DNA of 64,000 bases from Minisyncoccota bacterium (GCA_036405175.1 DASWYC010000002.1:537080-601079); one strand, 5' to 3'; counted from the first letter of the stretch, positions 10,194-19,640 are shown. Notes: generated by a model not told the origin, from the letters alone. Made by a program: numbers and translations.

Positions 10194-10922
10194 ATGAAAG
10201 CACATCATAAGGAAAATACGATTTATACCACCATTTTAATAATAGTCCTTGGAATTATCGCTGTTTTTGCAGTTTCAGCATCAAAAACCCTTGATAGTAT
10301 TAATACCCCCCGAATTGGTAATTGGAGCCTCCTACCGCAGGTTATCAATGTGCCACTTTCAAAGGTTGGCGTGCGCGAAAAAGACCTTGCTCCATGTCTT
10401 GATAATCCAGAAACTCAACAAATTATTGCTCGCGATGCTGAAGAGGCTGGCCCTACCGGAACACCTCTCTTCTATATTTTCTCAAAGGATCACACTTATC
10501 GTATGGTTGGAGCAATTCCTGCAGCCATGCTCACTCAAATGATTGACACCCTTCAAGCTGGTCGTCCTATTGCTACCCCAGCAGAAGCCGAAGGTAATTT
10601 TCAAGAAATTTCTGCCGATGCTCCAGAAATGGCATATCTCAATCTTCGCCCTACCGATGCGCGCTTAAATGCAACACTTACAAACCCATCAGTAACAATC
10701 ATTGAGTACGGCGATCTTTCATGCCCTGCATGTAAATATGCGCACCAAGAACTCAAAAAGGCTCTTTCAAAAGAAACTACTGTGCAGTATATATATCGCC
10801 ATCACCCACTTACCAGCATTCACCCTGACGCACAAAAGCAAGCAGAAGTTGCCGTATGTGTGCAGCAACTTAAAGGATACAAGGCATTCTGGGACTTTGT
10901 AGATTACACCTACAAACAATAA
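10194..10922 (+). CDS. Membrane-anchored DsbA/BdbD-family thiol-disulfide oxidoreductase, apparently circularly permuted
   Basis: N-terminal TM; VTIIEYGDLSCPAC, YIYRHHPL..IHP.A, FWDFVD lie C-terminal while GTP and GAIP motifs lie N-terminal. Confidence 0.85.
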   Translation: MKAHHKENTIYTTILIIVLGIIAVFAVSASKTLDSINTPRIGNWSLLPQVINVPLSKVGVREKDLAPCLDNPETQQIIARDAEEAGPTGTPLFYIFSKDHTYRMVGAIPAAMLTQMIDTLQAGRPIATPAEAEGNFQEISADAPEMAYLNLRPTDARLNATLTNPSVTIIEYGDLSCPACKYAHQELKKALSKETTVQYIYRHHPLTSIHPDAQKQAEVAVCVQQLKGYKAFWDFVDYTYKQ

Positions 10923-10923
10923 T

Positions 10924-10961
10924 CACTAAAAAATCCCTCACTAGTGAGGGATTTTTTAGTG
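10924..10961. terminator. Bidirectional intrinsic terminator between the DsbA-like gene and rplE
   Basis: CACTAAAAAATCCCTCAC..GTGAGGGGATTTTTTAGTG inverted repeat between convergent genes. Confidence 0.75.
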
Positions 10962-10973
10962 TGTCTGCAAATA

Positions 10974-11540
10974 TTATTTCTTCTTTGACTCCTCTTCTTT
11001 TTTGAATGGGAATCCAAGATAGGTAAAGAAGTCAGTTGCTTCCTTCTTGTTCTTTGCGGTTGAAACAACCGTAATAGACATTCCAAAAACATTTACCAAA
11101 TCTTCTTCAACAGTTTCTGGGAATACGTTGTGCTCTTTGAGTCCAACGGTAAGATTTCCCATTTTATCAACCGTAGTTTTTGAGATTCCACGGAAGTCTT
11201 TGGTGCGAGGGAATGCAATGTGTACCAACTTATCAAAGAAAGCATACATCTTATCTCCGCGAAGTGTTACTGCATATCCAACGGTGTCTCCTTGGCGGAG
11301 TTTGAAACCTGCGATAGACATACGTGCTGAACGCTTGGTAGGTTTCTGTCCGGTGATCCTTGCAATACGATCTTCAACGATTGCTTGAATCTGAGGATAG
11401 GTTCGCGCGCGGCGTCCTGTTCCTACATTCAATACAATCTTTACGAGCTTAGGTGCCTGCATCTTATTTTTATACCCTTGTGATTCTTTAAGAGCATCAT
11501 ATGCATCGGCTACTTTTTGTTTCGTTTGTGTAATACTCAT
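10974..11540 (-). CDS. rplE: 50S ribosomal protein L5
   Basis: PKLVKIVLNVG, ITGQKP, SIAGFKLRQG, VTLRG. Confidence 0.97.
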   Translation of the reverse strand: MSITQTKQKVADAYDALKESQGYKNKMQAPKLVKIVLNVGTGRRARTYPQIQAIVEDRIARITGQKPTKRSARMSIAGFKLRQGDTVGYAVTLRGDKMYAFFDKLVHIAFPRTKDFRGISKTTVDKMGNLTVGLKEHNVFPETVEEDLVNVFGMSITVVSTAKNKKEATDFFTYLGFPFKKEEESKKK

Positions 11541-11544
11541 AGGC

Positions 11545-11850
11545 TTACTTGATTTCAGCTCCAGACTTAGCTACGCGAGTTTTCTTTCCGTCTTTTACTA
11601 CGGTTTTAACACGAGTAGGCTTATCAGTCTTAGGATCCTTAATCATAACATTAGAAACATGGAGTGAACCTTCAACCTTTTTGAGTTCACCTTTTTCTCC
11701 TTCGGTGCGAGACTTTACGCTTTTAGTTTTGAGATTAATCCCAGAAACTACTACGCGCTCATTTACTCGATCTACCTTGGTCACCATTCCGCTCTTTCCT
11801 TTTTCTGATCCTGCAGTTACTACTACAGTATCTCCTTTTTTGATCTTCAT
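11545..11850 (-). CDS. rplX: 50S ribosomal protein L24
   Basis: KIKKGDTVVVTAG, LHVSNVM. Confidence 0.97.
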   Translation of the reverse strand: MKIKKGDTVVVTAGSEKGKSGMVTKVDRVNERVVVSGINLKTKSVKSRTEGEKGELKKVEGSLHVSNVMIKDPKTDKPTRVKTVVKDGKKTRVAKSGAEIK

Positions 11851-11869
11851 ATAATTCTTTTACAATTAT

Positions 11870-12238
11870 TTAGAGAACCTCAGGAGCCAATGACGCAATT
11901 TTTTGGAAACCACGTTCTTGAACTTCGCGAGGAATAGGACCGAAGATGCGACCACCGATTGGCTCATTCTTCTTATCAATAATTACGACTGCGTTTTCAT
12001 CAAAACGAATGTATGATCCATCCGCGCGACGATACGCATTTTTTTGGCGTACAATTACTCCTCGTGTAACTTGTTTTTTCTTTACGGTCTTACGAGGTTC
12101 TGCCTTTTTAATAGAAAGCACAACGATATCTCCGAGTCCGGCGTAACGGCGCTTAGATCCACCAAGGATCTTGAACACCTTTCCTTCCTTTGCTCCAGAG
12201 TTATCGGCAATTGCAACGTTTGTTCCAGCTTGAATCAT
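11870..12238 (-). CDS. rplN: 50S ribosomal protein L14
   Basis: [33 protein letters not shown]. Confidence 0.98.
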   Translation of the reverse strand: MIQAGTNVAIADNSGAKEGKVFKILGGSKRRYAGLGDIVVLSIKKAEPRKTVKKKQVTRGVIVRQKNAYRRADGSYIRFDENAVVIIDKKNEPIGGRIFGPIPREVQERGFQKIASLAPEVL

Positions 12239-12241
12239 AGG

Positions 12242-12487
12242 CTATGCTTTTGCAATTACTACAAATGACTTATCTTTAGAAATTGGCTTTGATTCCTGAA
12301 TAGAAACCGCGTCGCCAACTGCGTATTCATTTGCTTCATCATGCGCTTTATACTTCTTCGACTTCTTGAAGTATTTCTTGTACTTAGGGTGTTTAACGAA
12401 TCGCTCAACGAGAACAACTACCGTCTTATCCATTTTATCAGACACCACGGTGCCTTTAAGGATTCGTTTTCCGAGTGTTGTAGTCAT
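12242..12487 (-). CDS. rpsQ: 30S ribosomal protein S17
   Basis: [27 protein letters not shown]. Confidence 0.97.
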   Translation of the reverse strand: MTTTLGKRILKGTVVSDKMDKTVVVLVERFVKHPKYKKYFKKSKKYKAHDEANEYAVGDAVSIQESKPISKDKSFVVIAKA

Positions 12488-12490
12488 ATA

Positions 12491-12649
12491 TTAATTTTTC
12501 ACTGACAACGAACGGGCAATAGATTTCTTGAGGGCACGCATTTGATTTGCTTTTGTCTGAGCATCAACAAACCCTACGCGCAATTTTGCCAACTCAATTT
12601 TCTTTGCGTTCATTTCGTCTTTGGTGAATTTTACAATTTCTTTCTTCAT
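12491..12649 (-). CDS. rpmC: 50S ribosomal protein L29, short (about 52 aa)
   Basis: Position between rplP and rpsQ; ELAKLR...MRALKKSIARS; start moved to 12649. Confidence 0.8.
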   Translation of the reverse strand: MKKEIVKFTKDEMNAKKIELAKLRVGFVDAQTKANQMRALKKSIARSLSVKN

Positions 12650-12653
12650 ACGA

Positions 12654-13079
12654 TTACATGTCAAGTGATGACACAATCTTTACGGTTACTGGAAGTTTAG
12701 TTCCAGCCTTACGAAGTGCCTCCCGAGCGACCGCAGGAGTTGCGTTTGCTACCTCAAAAAGGATGCGTCCCGGAAGTACTTCAAAACAGTATCCTTCTGG
12801 GTTTCCCTTACCCTTTCCCATTCCTACCTGGTCGGCTTTCTTGGTAATTGGACGATCTGGGAATACGCGAATCCAGTAACGACCCGTCTTTCCAATCGTT
12901 CGAGAAACAACTTTACGAGCTGACTCGATTTGATTTGAACGGATACGTGCTGATGAGGTTGCTTTAAGACCGAATGTTCCAAACTGAAGATCTACTCCGC
13001 GAGTATCAACCACATCTTTTGAAAGGTTGCGACGCGCTGTTTGCCATCGGCGATGTTTAACTTTTTTAGGAAACAACAT
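12654..13079 (-). CDS. rplP: 50S ribosomal protein L16
   Basis: MLFPKKVKHRR, WIRVFPDRPIT, MGKGKG. Confidence 0.97.
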   Translation of the reverse strand: MLFPKKVKHRRWQTARRNLSKDVVDTRGVDLQFGTFGLKATSSARIRSNQIESARKVVSRTIGKTGRYWIRVFPDRPITKKADQVGMGKGKGNPEGYCFEVLPGRILFEVANATPAVAREALRKAGTKLPVTVKIVSSLDM

Positions 13080-13084
13080 ACAGA

Positions 13085-13777
13085 TTATGCATTCTTGTTA
13101 GCAGGTGTTTGCTGAGGTGCCTGTGTAAGTGAATCACCTTTGTAGATCCAAACCTTGATTCCAATTACTCCGTAACTCATATTTGCACGCTCACGAGCGA
13201 AATCAATATCAGCACGAATAAATTGAAGTGGGATTGAGCCTTTGTGAATTTCTTCAACACGAGACATATCTGCTCCACCAAGTCGACCAGAAAGAACAAT
13301 GCGAACTCCCTTAACTCCACGCGCTTGCATAACCTTTTCGGCCATTTGCTTCATTACGCGACGGAAGGTCATGCGCTTTTCAAGCATTTCAGCAATAGTT
13401 TGTCCAACGATTGCAGCATCAGCTTCTGGATTTTGTACTTCAACAATGTCGAGTACGATTTCCTTAGCTTCAGGGAGCTTTTGCTTGCGAATAAAGGTTG
13501 CAATGTCCTGACGGATCTTTTGGATTCCATCTCCACCGCGACCAATAATTGCACCGGGCTTACCGGTTTTGATAATAAGTTTAGTTTGCTTTTGAGAACG
13601 TTCAAACTCAAGTGACGCAACTTGCATACCCTTCATTCTCTTTTGGAGGAATTGGCGTACAAGTACATCGATTTTGAGAAGTTTGGTGTACTCTTTGCGA
13701 TCTTGTCCAAACCAGCGTGACTTCCAGTCACGGAGTTCTACAAGACGATGAGCATAAGGATGAACAGAATGTGACAT
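13085..13777 (-). CDS. rpsC: 30S ribosomal protein S3
   Basis: VHPYAHRL, WKSRWF, SGRLGGADM, YGVIGIKVWIYKG. Confidence 0.97.
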   Translation of the reverse strand: MSHSVHPYAHRLVELRDWKSRWFGQDRKEYTKLLKIDVLVRQFLQKRMKGMQVASLEFERSQKQTKLIIKTGKPGAIIGRGGDGIQKIRQDIATFIRKQKLPEAKEIVLDIVEVQNPEADAAIVGQTIAEMLEKRMTFRRVMKQMAEKVMQARGVKGVRIVLSGRLGGADMSRVEEIHKGSIPLQFIRADIDFARERANMSYGVIGIKVWIYKGDSLTQAPQQTPANKNA

Positions 13778-13781
13778 ACAA

Positions 13782-14111
13782 TTATTCCTTAATTCCTAGC
13801 TCAAGGTTAACTTGAGAGGTTCTCTTGTTAATACGAGCTCCACGACCGAATGCACGTGCTCGGAATCGTTTAAGGGTTGGACCCTTATCAACGGTTACTG
13901 ATTTTACAAAAAGCTGATCAGTTGAAGCTTTAAAGTTATGAGAAGCATTTGCAACAGCAGAATCAAGGAGCTTTTCGAGTGGAAGAGCTGAACGCTTGAT
14001 TACTTGGTGCAACACTACTTTTGCTTGCGCCACAGATTTTCCTCTGATTGCATCAGCTACGATGCGCACTTTGCGAGGAGATTGGCGATAGTTAGTAAGA
14101 GACGCTTTCAT
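13782..14111 (-). CDS. rplV: 50S ribosomal protein L22
   Basis: RQSPRKVRIVADAIRGK, GPTLKRFRARAFGR. Confidence 0.97.
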   Translation of the reverse strand: MKASLTNYRQSPRKVRIVADAIRGKSVAQAKVVLHQVIKRSALPLEKLLDSAVANASHNFKASTDQLFVKSVTVDKGPTLKRFRARAFGRGARINKRTSQVNLELGIKE

Positions 14112-14113
14112 AC

Positions 14114-14470
14114 TTATTTCTTAGCAGGCGCTTTTGCGGTGCTGGTAGTTGCCTTAGCAGCTTTTGCGGCTGCGATTTCAGCATCTTTTCTCTTTTGATC
14201 AAGTTCCTTTTGCATCTTTCCTCCGTGACGGCTGAACGTACGTGTTGGTGAGAATTCACCAAGACGGTGTCCAATCATGTCTTCGGTAACAAGCACATTG
14301 ATGTGCTTCTTACCATTGTGAACGGCAAAGGTGAACCCAACCATCTCAGGAGAAATCTGAGAGGCGCGCGCCCAAGTTTTGATGGGTGCGGTATCTGCTG
14401 CTTTGCGACCCTCAACTTTCTTGAGAAGACGCTCATCAACATACGGACCTTTCTTTGTTGATCGTGACAT
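14114..14470 (-). CDS. rpsS: 30S ribosomal protein S19 with an Ala/Lys-rich tail
   Basis: [36 protein letters not shown]. Confidence 0.97.
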   Translation of the reverse strand: MSRSTKKGPYVDERLLKKVEGRKAADTAPIKTWARASQISPEMVGFTFAVHNGKKHINVLVTEDMIGHRLGEFSPTRTFSRHGGKMQKELDQKRKDAEIAAAKAAKATTSTAKAPAKK

Positions 14471-14673
14471 ATTTTAAGTGATAGCTTTGTGGCTGCGAGT
14501 GTAAAAGAAACGCAGAAAACTATCAAAACAAGAGACAGCTACTGTGATGCGAGTGAGAGCTCGCCAGCAGTGTCTAAAAATTAATAATATTTGCCAGAGA
14601 CACACTCTTTTTAGGCTTACAGGAGTAAGCTATTTGGCTTATGAATAATAGCGAATTTTTAGGAAATAGTCAA
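14471..14673 (-). promoter_or_regulatory. Promoter and structured 5' leader of the rpsS-led operon
   Basis: Minus strand TTGACT-17-TATTAT at about 14645-14673, then about 170 nt with several hairpins. Confidence 0.55.
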
Positions 14674-14739
14674 ATTTAGTAATAGAAAAACCCATCTAAA
14701 ATTAGATGGGAGTTCCAATTGTAAAAACGTTCTTCTCTT

Positions 14740-15414
14740 TTACGGTTGAATGAGCACTGGTAGCTGATTTTTTAGAAGCTCTAAGTGAAACTTCAATAGC
14801 CCACCGGCGTTCAAATTATTAATGAAATACCAAACAGACATCCTACTGCCAGAGTTGGGAGTCGGCATCATGCCGCTATCTTCCTTCTCAAATTTTTCCC
14901 GGTTACGAAGCCAGAAACCTGCGGATTCTGTCATGTCTTTAATCCTTCCAAGAAAGATATTATCCAGTGTTACCTCTTGCCCAGGCTGTGTGCGATTCAT
15001 GCCGTTTCTCCCAGCATACTTTATTACGCAATCTACTTCTTTTAAAGCCGCAATTATAGGAGCGATGCTTTCTTCTGAGCCAGTTGTTTTTATATAGGCA
15101 GTAACTTTATCAACAAAGCCTTTATCTTGCCACTTACTGGCGAATCTACAGAAATGAAGCAGTCTTTGAAGATTATTTCCGCTTTGGTCCTCTTCCAGAG
15201 CTTTTATTGTGGCTTGTGCCTCCTGCACAAATGTCTCCACAAGTTCATATAGCTGCTGTTCTCTTTCTGAGTCTTTGTAGGCATTATTAATGATTACAAG
15301 CATGGCAATAACTATTACCAACAGAACAGGCCCACCCATAGCAATTCCTATTTTTATTAGAACATACATACCAATTAGGAAGAAGGCGATACTTGGTTTT
15401 GAAGGTTTTTTCAT
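14740..15414 (-). CDS. Hypothetical membrane protein
   Basis: 224-aa ORF with two N-terminal hydrophobic segments; occupies the position normally held by rplB. Confidence 0.65.
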   Translation of the reverse strand: MKKPSKPSIAFFLIGMYVLIKIGIAMGGPVLLVIVIAMLVIINNAYKDSEREQQLYELVETFVQEAQATIKALEEDQSGNNLQRLLHFCRFASKWQDKGFVDKVTAYIKTTGSEESIAPIIAALKEVDCVIKYAGRNGMNRTQPGQEVTLDNIFLGRIKDMTESAGFWLRNREKFEKEDSGMMPTPNSGSRMSVWYFINNLNAGGLLKFHLELLKNQLPVLIQP

Positions 15415-15522
15415 TGTTTTATAAAATTTGAGGCTTTTTAGGCCGTTTTTTGTGAATATTTGATTGTTAATTTAACAGGTATATTATAACATCTTTAATA
15501 TATTTTGTCAAATTACTACAAT

Positions 15523-16260
15523 TTACTTCAAATTTGCCTTAGTCCATCGATCTTCTTCGTCCTGAGTACTCACTTTTTTAAATTTTGCCAACTTCCCTTT
15601 TACACGCGCTTCGCACTCTGTCCAAGTAGTGTGTTTTTCAAGCTTTCCATCAACAATTGAAAGATACCAACCACCTGCAGATCCAGATTTCTTGGCGGTT
15701 TTTTTTGACGTAGTCTCTGCCTTTACCATAAGCTGCTCAACCGTAAGGGAGTACTTACCGAGTGGTCCTTCATACAGGTCTACATTCTTTCCTTGTGCAT
15801 ATCCTTGAGCAATATCATTTACGCGTTCATTTCCGAGTACACCCACGTGACCATTCACATGAATATACTCAATAGGAAGTTTTTTAAAGAGTTGTAGCTC
15901 ATCATTAAGAGCCATCCAGAGCTCTTTGTTTTTTACAGCCTCACCAGTACTCGTTATCCAATCATTTCTGATCCATCCTTTCATCCAGCTCATTACTCCG
16001 TTGCGAACATATTGAGAGTCTAAATATACATATATATGTACATCCTTATTAATTTTAAGATCACTTAATTTGCGAAGGCCTTCCAAGAGTGCCATCAATT
16101 CAGTTTCGTTATTGGTCGTTCGAGCAAGCTTATCACCAAGTTCATATACTTTTTCTTTTTGCACATCAACCACTAAAGTACCCCATCCCCCAGGACCAGG
16201 ATTTCCTGATGATGCTCCGTCGGTATAGATAATGATTGATTGTTCGCTAGGCTTCATCAT
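15523..16260 (-). CDS. rnhA: Ribonuclease HI with a C-terminal hybrid-binding (Cauli_VI-like) domain
   Basis: IYTDGASSGNPGPGGWG, TTNNETEL, DSQYV, HVNGHVG..GNERV; C-terminal HTTWTECEARVKG..AKFKK. Confidence 0.92.
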   Translation of the reverse strand: MMKPSEQSIIIYTDGASSGNPGPGGWGTLVVDVQKEKVYELGDKLARTTNNETELMALLEGLRKLSDLKINKDVHIYVYLDSQYVRNGVMSWMKGWIRNDWITSTGEAVKNKELWMALNDELQLFKKLPIEYIHVNGHVGVLGNERVNDIAQGYAQGKNVDLYEGPLGKYSLTVEQLMVKAETTSKKTAKKSGSAGGWYLSIVDGKLEKHTTWTECEARVKGKLAKFKKVSTQDEEDRWTKANLK

Positions 16261-17899
16261 AAGGTATGATATCACGAATAAATAAAACGTACTCGTTACG
16301 GAAACTATCAAACTCTGCACTCCCCACCGCCTGTACGCGCTTTCCTATTTCAATTTTATTCTCGTCACCATAAAACCAAACTCCTCTGAGTGTTTCGGTT
16401 TCACCTTCCAGCGACACTTCATAGTGACTACCGTCTGAACCAAATGATTTAGTGCGCGCAATCGTAAACGGAATTGTTCCAATGAATGGCAACTTAAAGT
16501 CTTGCCCACACGGCTCAATTGCCTTAATTACTTCTACTAACTTTTGAATGTGATGCTTTTTTGCGATAAGAAAATCCACCTCCTCCGTGAGTTCTTCTGA
16601 AACTTTTTGTGACGGAAATGACTCAACTGCTTCAATCCATGGAATAAGATTCTTTTTATCGAGCGCGAATCCACCCGCCTGATGATGTCCTCCATAGGTG
16701 AGTAAATATTGTTTGGTGTATTCAAAAATATCAATCACACTTACTCGTGAGTGAGAGCGACACGATCCGCGCACAACCCCTTCCTCATCTACCGACCACA
16801 CAAACACCGGCACCTCAAACATATCCAAAAGTTTTCCGGCAATAATTCCAACTACTCCTAAATGCCATTTCTTATCTCCGATCACAATAATATTTTTTTG
16901 GAGCAAAACATCTTTTTTCTTTTCTGTCGATCTCACAACTTTTGCAGTTTCAAGTTTGCGTGCTTGGTTGAGTGCCACCAACTTTCGTGCAAGCACATCC
17001 GCATCATCAGAGTTTTTTGCAAGAAATAAATTGATTGCAACATGTGCATGGTCCATACGTGATGCACTGTTAATGAGCGGCACCAACGTGAATGAGATGT
17101 CGCTATATGAAATGTTTTTTATCTTTGCATAAAAAAGAAGTGATGTGAGTCCGATGAGTTTTGTTTTTTGGAGCACGCGCATGCCGTACTGCGCCAAAAT
17201 TCTATTTTGATTTTTGAGCGGCACCTGATCACCAAGTGTTGCAATGCACACCAAGTCAAGAAACCACTTCTCGCATCCTTCAATGAGTTGAGTGTTACCT
17301 CTCTCACGAAGTGTCTGATACAACGCACGACCAAGTTGCCATGCTACGGCTGCGCCACAGATCATGGTGTCACCCGTTCCGAGTTTTGGATTCACAATTG
17401 TGTATGCATCAGGCAGCGTGTCAGCTGGTTCGTGATGATCGGTAACAATCACATCAATTCCTTTCTCTTTCGCGTACGCAACCGTTGCATGTTCCTTGAT
17501 TCCAACATCAACGGTGATGATGAGCGACACCCCATTCTCAATTGCCTCATCAACAGCGCGTGTATGAAATCCGTAGCCTTGAGTGTGACGATTCGGGATC
17601 GCAACATCCGGCTCAATATTGATATCTCTAAAAAATCTCAAAAGTGTTACGGTTGAGCACACACCGTCACAATCATAATCACCGGCAATCATAATGCGCT
17701 CTTTGTGATCGATCGCTTCAATAATACGTGTCACCGCCTTCTCGACACCACCCATCACATATGGTGACTCCAAATCATCATAGGTAAGATCAAGATGTTT
17801 TTTTGCAGGATCAATACTTCGCGTCTTAAGGAGGTGAACAATAATTTCTTCAGGAGTTTGATCGATGATATTCTGTTCTGGAAATTGATACCGCTTCAT
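16247..17899 (-). CDS. recJ: ssDNA-specific exonuclease RecJ
   Basis: GDYDCDG, ITVDVG, TDHH, INSASRM, GGHHQAGG. Confidence 0.95.
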   Translation of the reverse strand: MKRYQFPEQNIIDQTPEEIIVHLLKTRSIDPAKKHLDLTYDDLESPYVMGGVEKAVTRIIEAIDHKERIMIAGDYDCDGVCSTVTLLRFFRDINIEPDVAIPNRHTQGYGFHTRAVDEAIENGVSLIITVDVGIKEHATVAYAKEKGIDVIVTDHHEPADTLPDAYTIVNPKLGTGDTMICGAAVAWQLGRALYQTLRERGNTQLIEGCEKWFLDLVCIATLGDQVPLKNQNRILAQYGMRVLQKTKLIGLTSLLFYAKIKNISYSDISFTLVPLINSASRMDHAHVAINLFLAKNSDDADVLARKLVALNQARKLETAKVVRSTEKKKDVLLQKNIIVIGDKKWHLGVVGIIAGKLLDMFEVPVFVWSVDEEGVVRGSCRSHSRVSVIDIFEYTKQYLLTYGGHHQAGGFALDKKNLIPWIEAVESFPSQKVSEELTEEVDFLIAKKHHIQKLVEVIKAIEPCGQDFKLPFIGTIPFTIARTKSFGSDGSHYEVSLEGETETLRGVWFYGDENKIEIGKRVQAVGSAEFDSFRNEYVLFIRDIIPYDEA

Positions 17900-17990
17900 G
17901 GTTCAAGTATACCTGTGTTCATCCTGATTTTCCTTGACTCAATGACTAACAATTTTGTTATGAACATCTCTGGGAGTATTATAGAAATAT

Positions 17991-18350
17991 ATGACACTTT
18001 TTGAGAAAATTATTGCACGAGAAATCCCCGCACATATTGTGTACGAGGATGATCACCACATTGCCTTTTTAGATATTTTCCCTGACGCACCTGGGCACAC
18101 ATTGCTTGTTCCTAAAAAGGTTACACGCTGGTTTTATGAAATGTCCGAGGAAGAATTTGCAACCCTCATGACAACCGGACATAAACTCACCAAACACCTT
18201 AACGAGAAGTTGGGATCAGAGTCAGTGAAACTTTTAATCTATGGTGAGAAAGTTCCGCACACCCACCTTCACCTTATTCCTCTCTACCCAGAAGGTTATC
18301 CATTACCAACCGACACGCTTGAGCAAATGACGGAGCGGCTCAAGGTATAA
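17991..18350 (+). CDS. HIT-family nucleotide hydrolase
   Basis: LFEKIIAREIP, AFLDIFP..PGHTLLVPK, VPHTHLHLIP. Confidence 0.95.
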   Translation: MTLFEKIIAREIPAHIVYEDDHHIAFLDIFPDAPGHTLLVPKKVTRWFYEMSEEEFATLMTTGHKLTKHLNEKLGSESVKLLIYGEKVPHTHLHLIPLYPEGYPLPTDTLEQMTERLKV

Positions 18351-18381
18351 CCATCCCACAACTTGGTTAGCGAAACAGTGT

Positions 18382-18500
18382 TAACAAAAACCACTTTGTA
18401 GCAGTCGCGCAGACGGCTGATAATGAGCACGTTGTGCGAATATATCAGACCGCGAGCGTAGGGCCGATAGAGCCCGCTGCGTACAAAGTGGTTTTTGTTA
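18382..18500 (+). repeat. Structured intergenic repeat, copy 3 of 5 (short-loop variant)
   Basis: Core GCAGTCGCGCAGACGGCTGATA...TATCAGACCGCGAGCGTAGGGC...GCCCGCTGC inside a perfect 19-bp IR TAACAAAAACCACTTTGTA/TACAAAGTGGTTTTTGTTA. Confidence 0.92.
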
Positions 18501-18515
18501 TTTAAGAATGTTTCA

Positions 18516-19640
18516 CTATCTCAGCCCCTCAATCCCTACCAGTGTTCCGGTGCCAAGATAATCAAGCAATGCACCACCACCTGTTGAGACAAAAATATTT
18601 TTATGGTTCACAATCTCATCAGACAAGAATACCAGCGTATCACCTCCTCCCATCACCACCTTCTTATCAAGATTCATGAGAAGTTTCACCAACATATGAG
18701 TTGCTATACTATCCCCCTTCCCAAGTTGTCCATTCCAAAAAATCTTCTCAACATTTTTAAAACGTTCCACAAGAACAACCTCAAGTGTTTTCGGATCTGC
18801 ATCCCAGATCATTTCACCGGCTCGAATCTCTTTTACTGACACCGCATGATCCGTTGCAAGATTAGTGCGCACCAGCTCCGGTGCAAACATGCGAGTGTCG
18901 TGCGGAATGTCGGCAAGTTTAATATTCTTATCGGTGAGTGAATCACCAATTGAATACCCAAGTGATTCATAGTACGGATGAGCAAGTGCACCACCAAGCA
19001 TCAAAAACTGCAACAATGGATTTTCCAAAAATCCTTTCACAAGGGGCAGTTTGGTTGAAAGTTTATCTCCACCAATAATCACCCCAAGTGTTTCATCGCT
19101 CATAATGAAACTATCAATGGTGTGAAGTTCAAGAACCATTCCTTCTCCCAAATAGGCTGGTAACTTTTTTGCAATCCCCGAAACACTTGCGTGATCTCGA
19201 TGTGAAACAGAAAACGCCTCATTCACAAACACCTCACCGAGTGATGTGTATAAATCAACAACCGCTGGATCATTGGTAGTTTCACCAGTAAGCGTGCGTA
19301 CATTTTGAAGCAACAACACCTCACCATCTTCAAGGTTATTCACCACCTCTTTCAAACCTTCATCAAAACTTCCGTAGAAACTTGGATAAATGTTATAGAG
19401 TTCAAACAATGGAATAAGTGTCTCGGTGCTACGCGCACCATCGTCACCCAAGTGTGTCATCAAGATTACGCGTGCACCGGCTTCTGACAACTTATGAATA
19501 GTGTCCCGCGCACGCTCCAAACGAAGCAGTGAGATTCCTTTCTCTCCACGCTCCACAACTTCTTCTGGAATATTCCCATCAAAGCGCACAAGCACGCGCT
19601 TACCCTTACAATTTTTATAAAGATCGTGAATATTATTCAT
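18516..19640 (-). CDS. pgk: Phosphoglycerate kinase, divergent
   Basis: GKRVLVRFDGNIP, THLG, VNEAFSVSHRDHAS, GGGDT, VSTGGGALLDYL. Confidence 0.92.
   Translation of the reverse strand: MNNIHDLYKNCKGKRVLVRFDGNIPEEVVERGEKGISLLRLERARDTIHKLSEAGARVILMTHLGDDGARSTETLIPLFELYNIYPSFYGSFDEGLKEVVNNLEDGEVLLLQNVRTLTGETTNDPAVVDLYTSLGEVFVNEAFSVSHRDHASVSGIAKKLPAYLGEGMVLELHTIDSFIMSDETLGVIIGGDKLSTKLPLVKGFLENPLLQFLMLGGALAHPYYESLGYSIGDSLTDKNIKLADIPHDTRMFAPELVRTNLATDHAVSVKEIRAGEMIWDADPKTLEVVLVERFKNVEKIFWNGQLGKGDSIATHMLVKLLMNLDKKVVMGGGDTLVFLSDEIVNHKNIFVSTGGGALLDYLGTGTLVGIEGLR

Noticed and set aside
19193-19208. parS-like half site in pgk
   Set aside because: Only one arm matches, and it lies in a conserved protein motif (FSVSHR).
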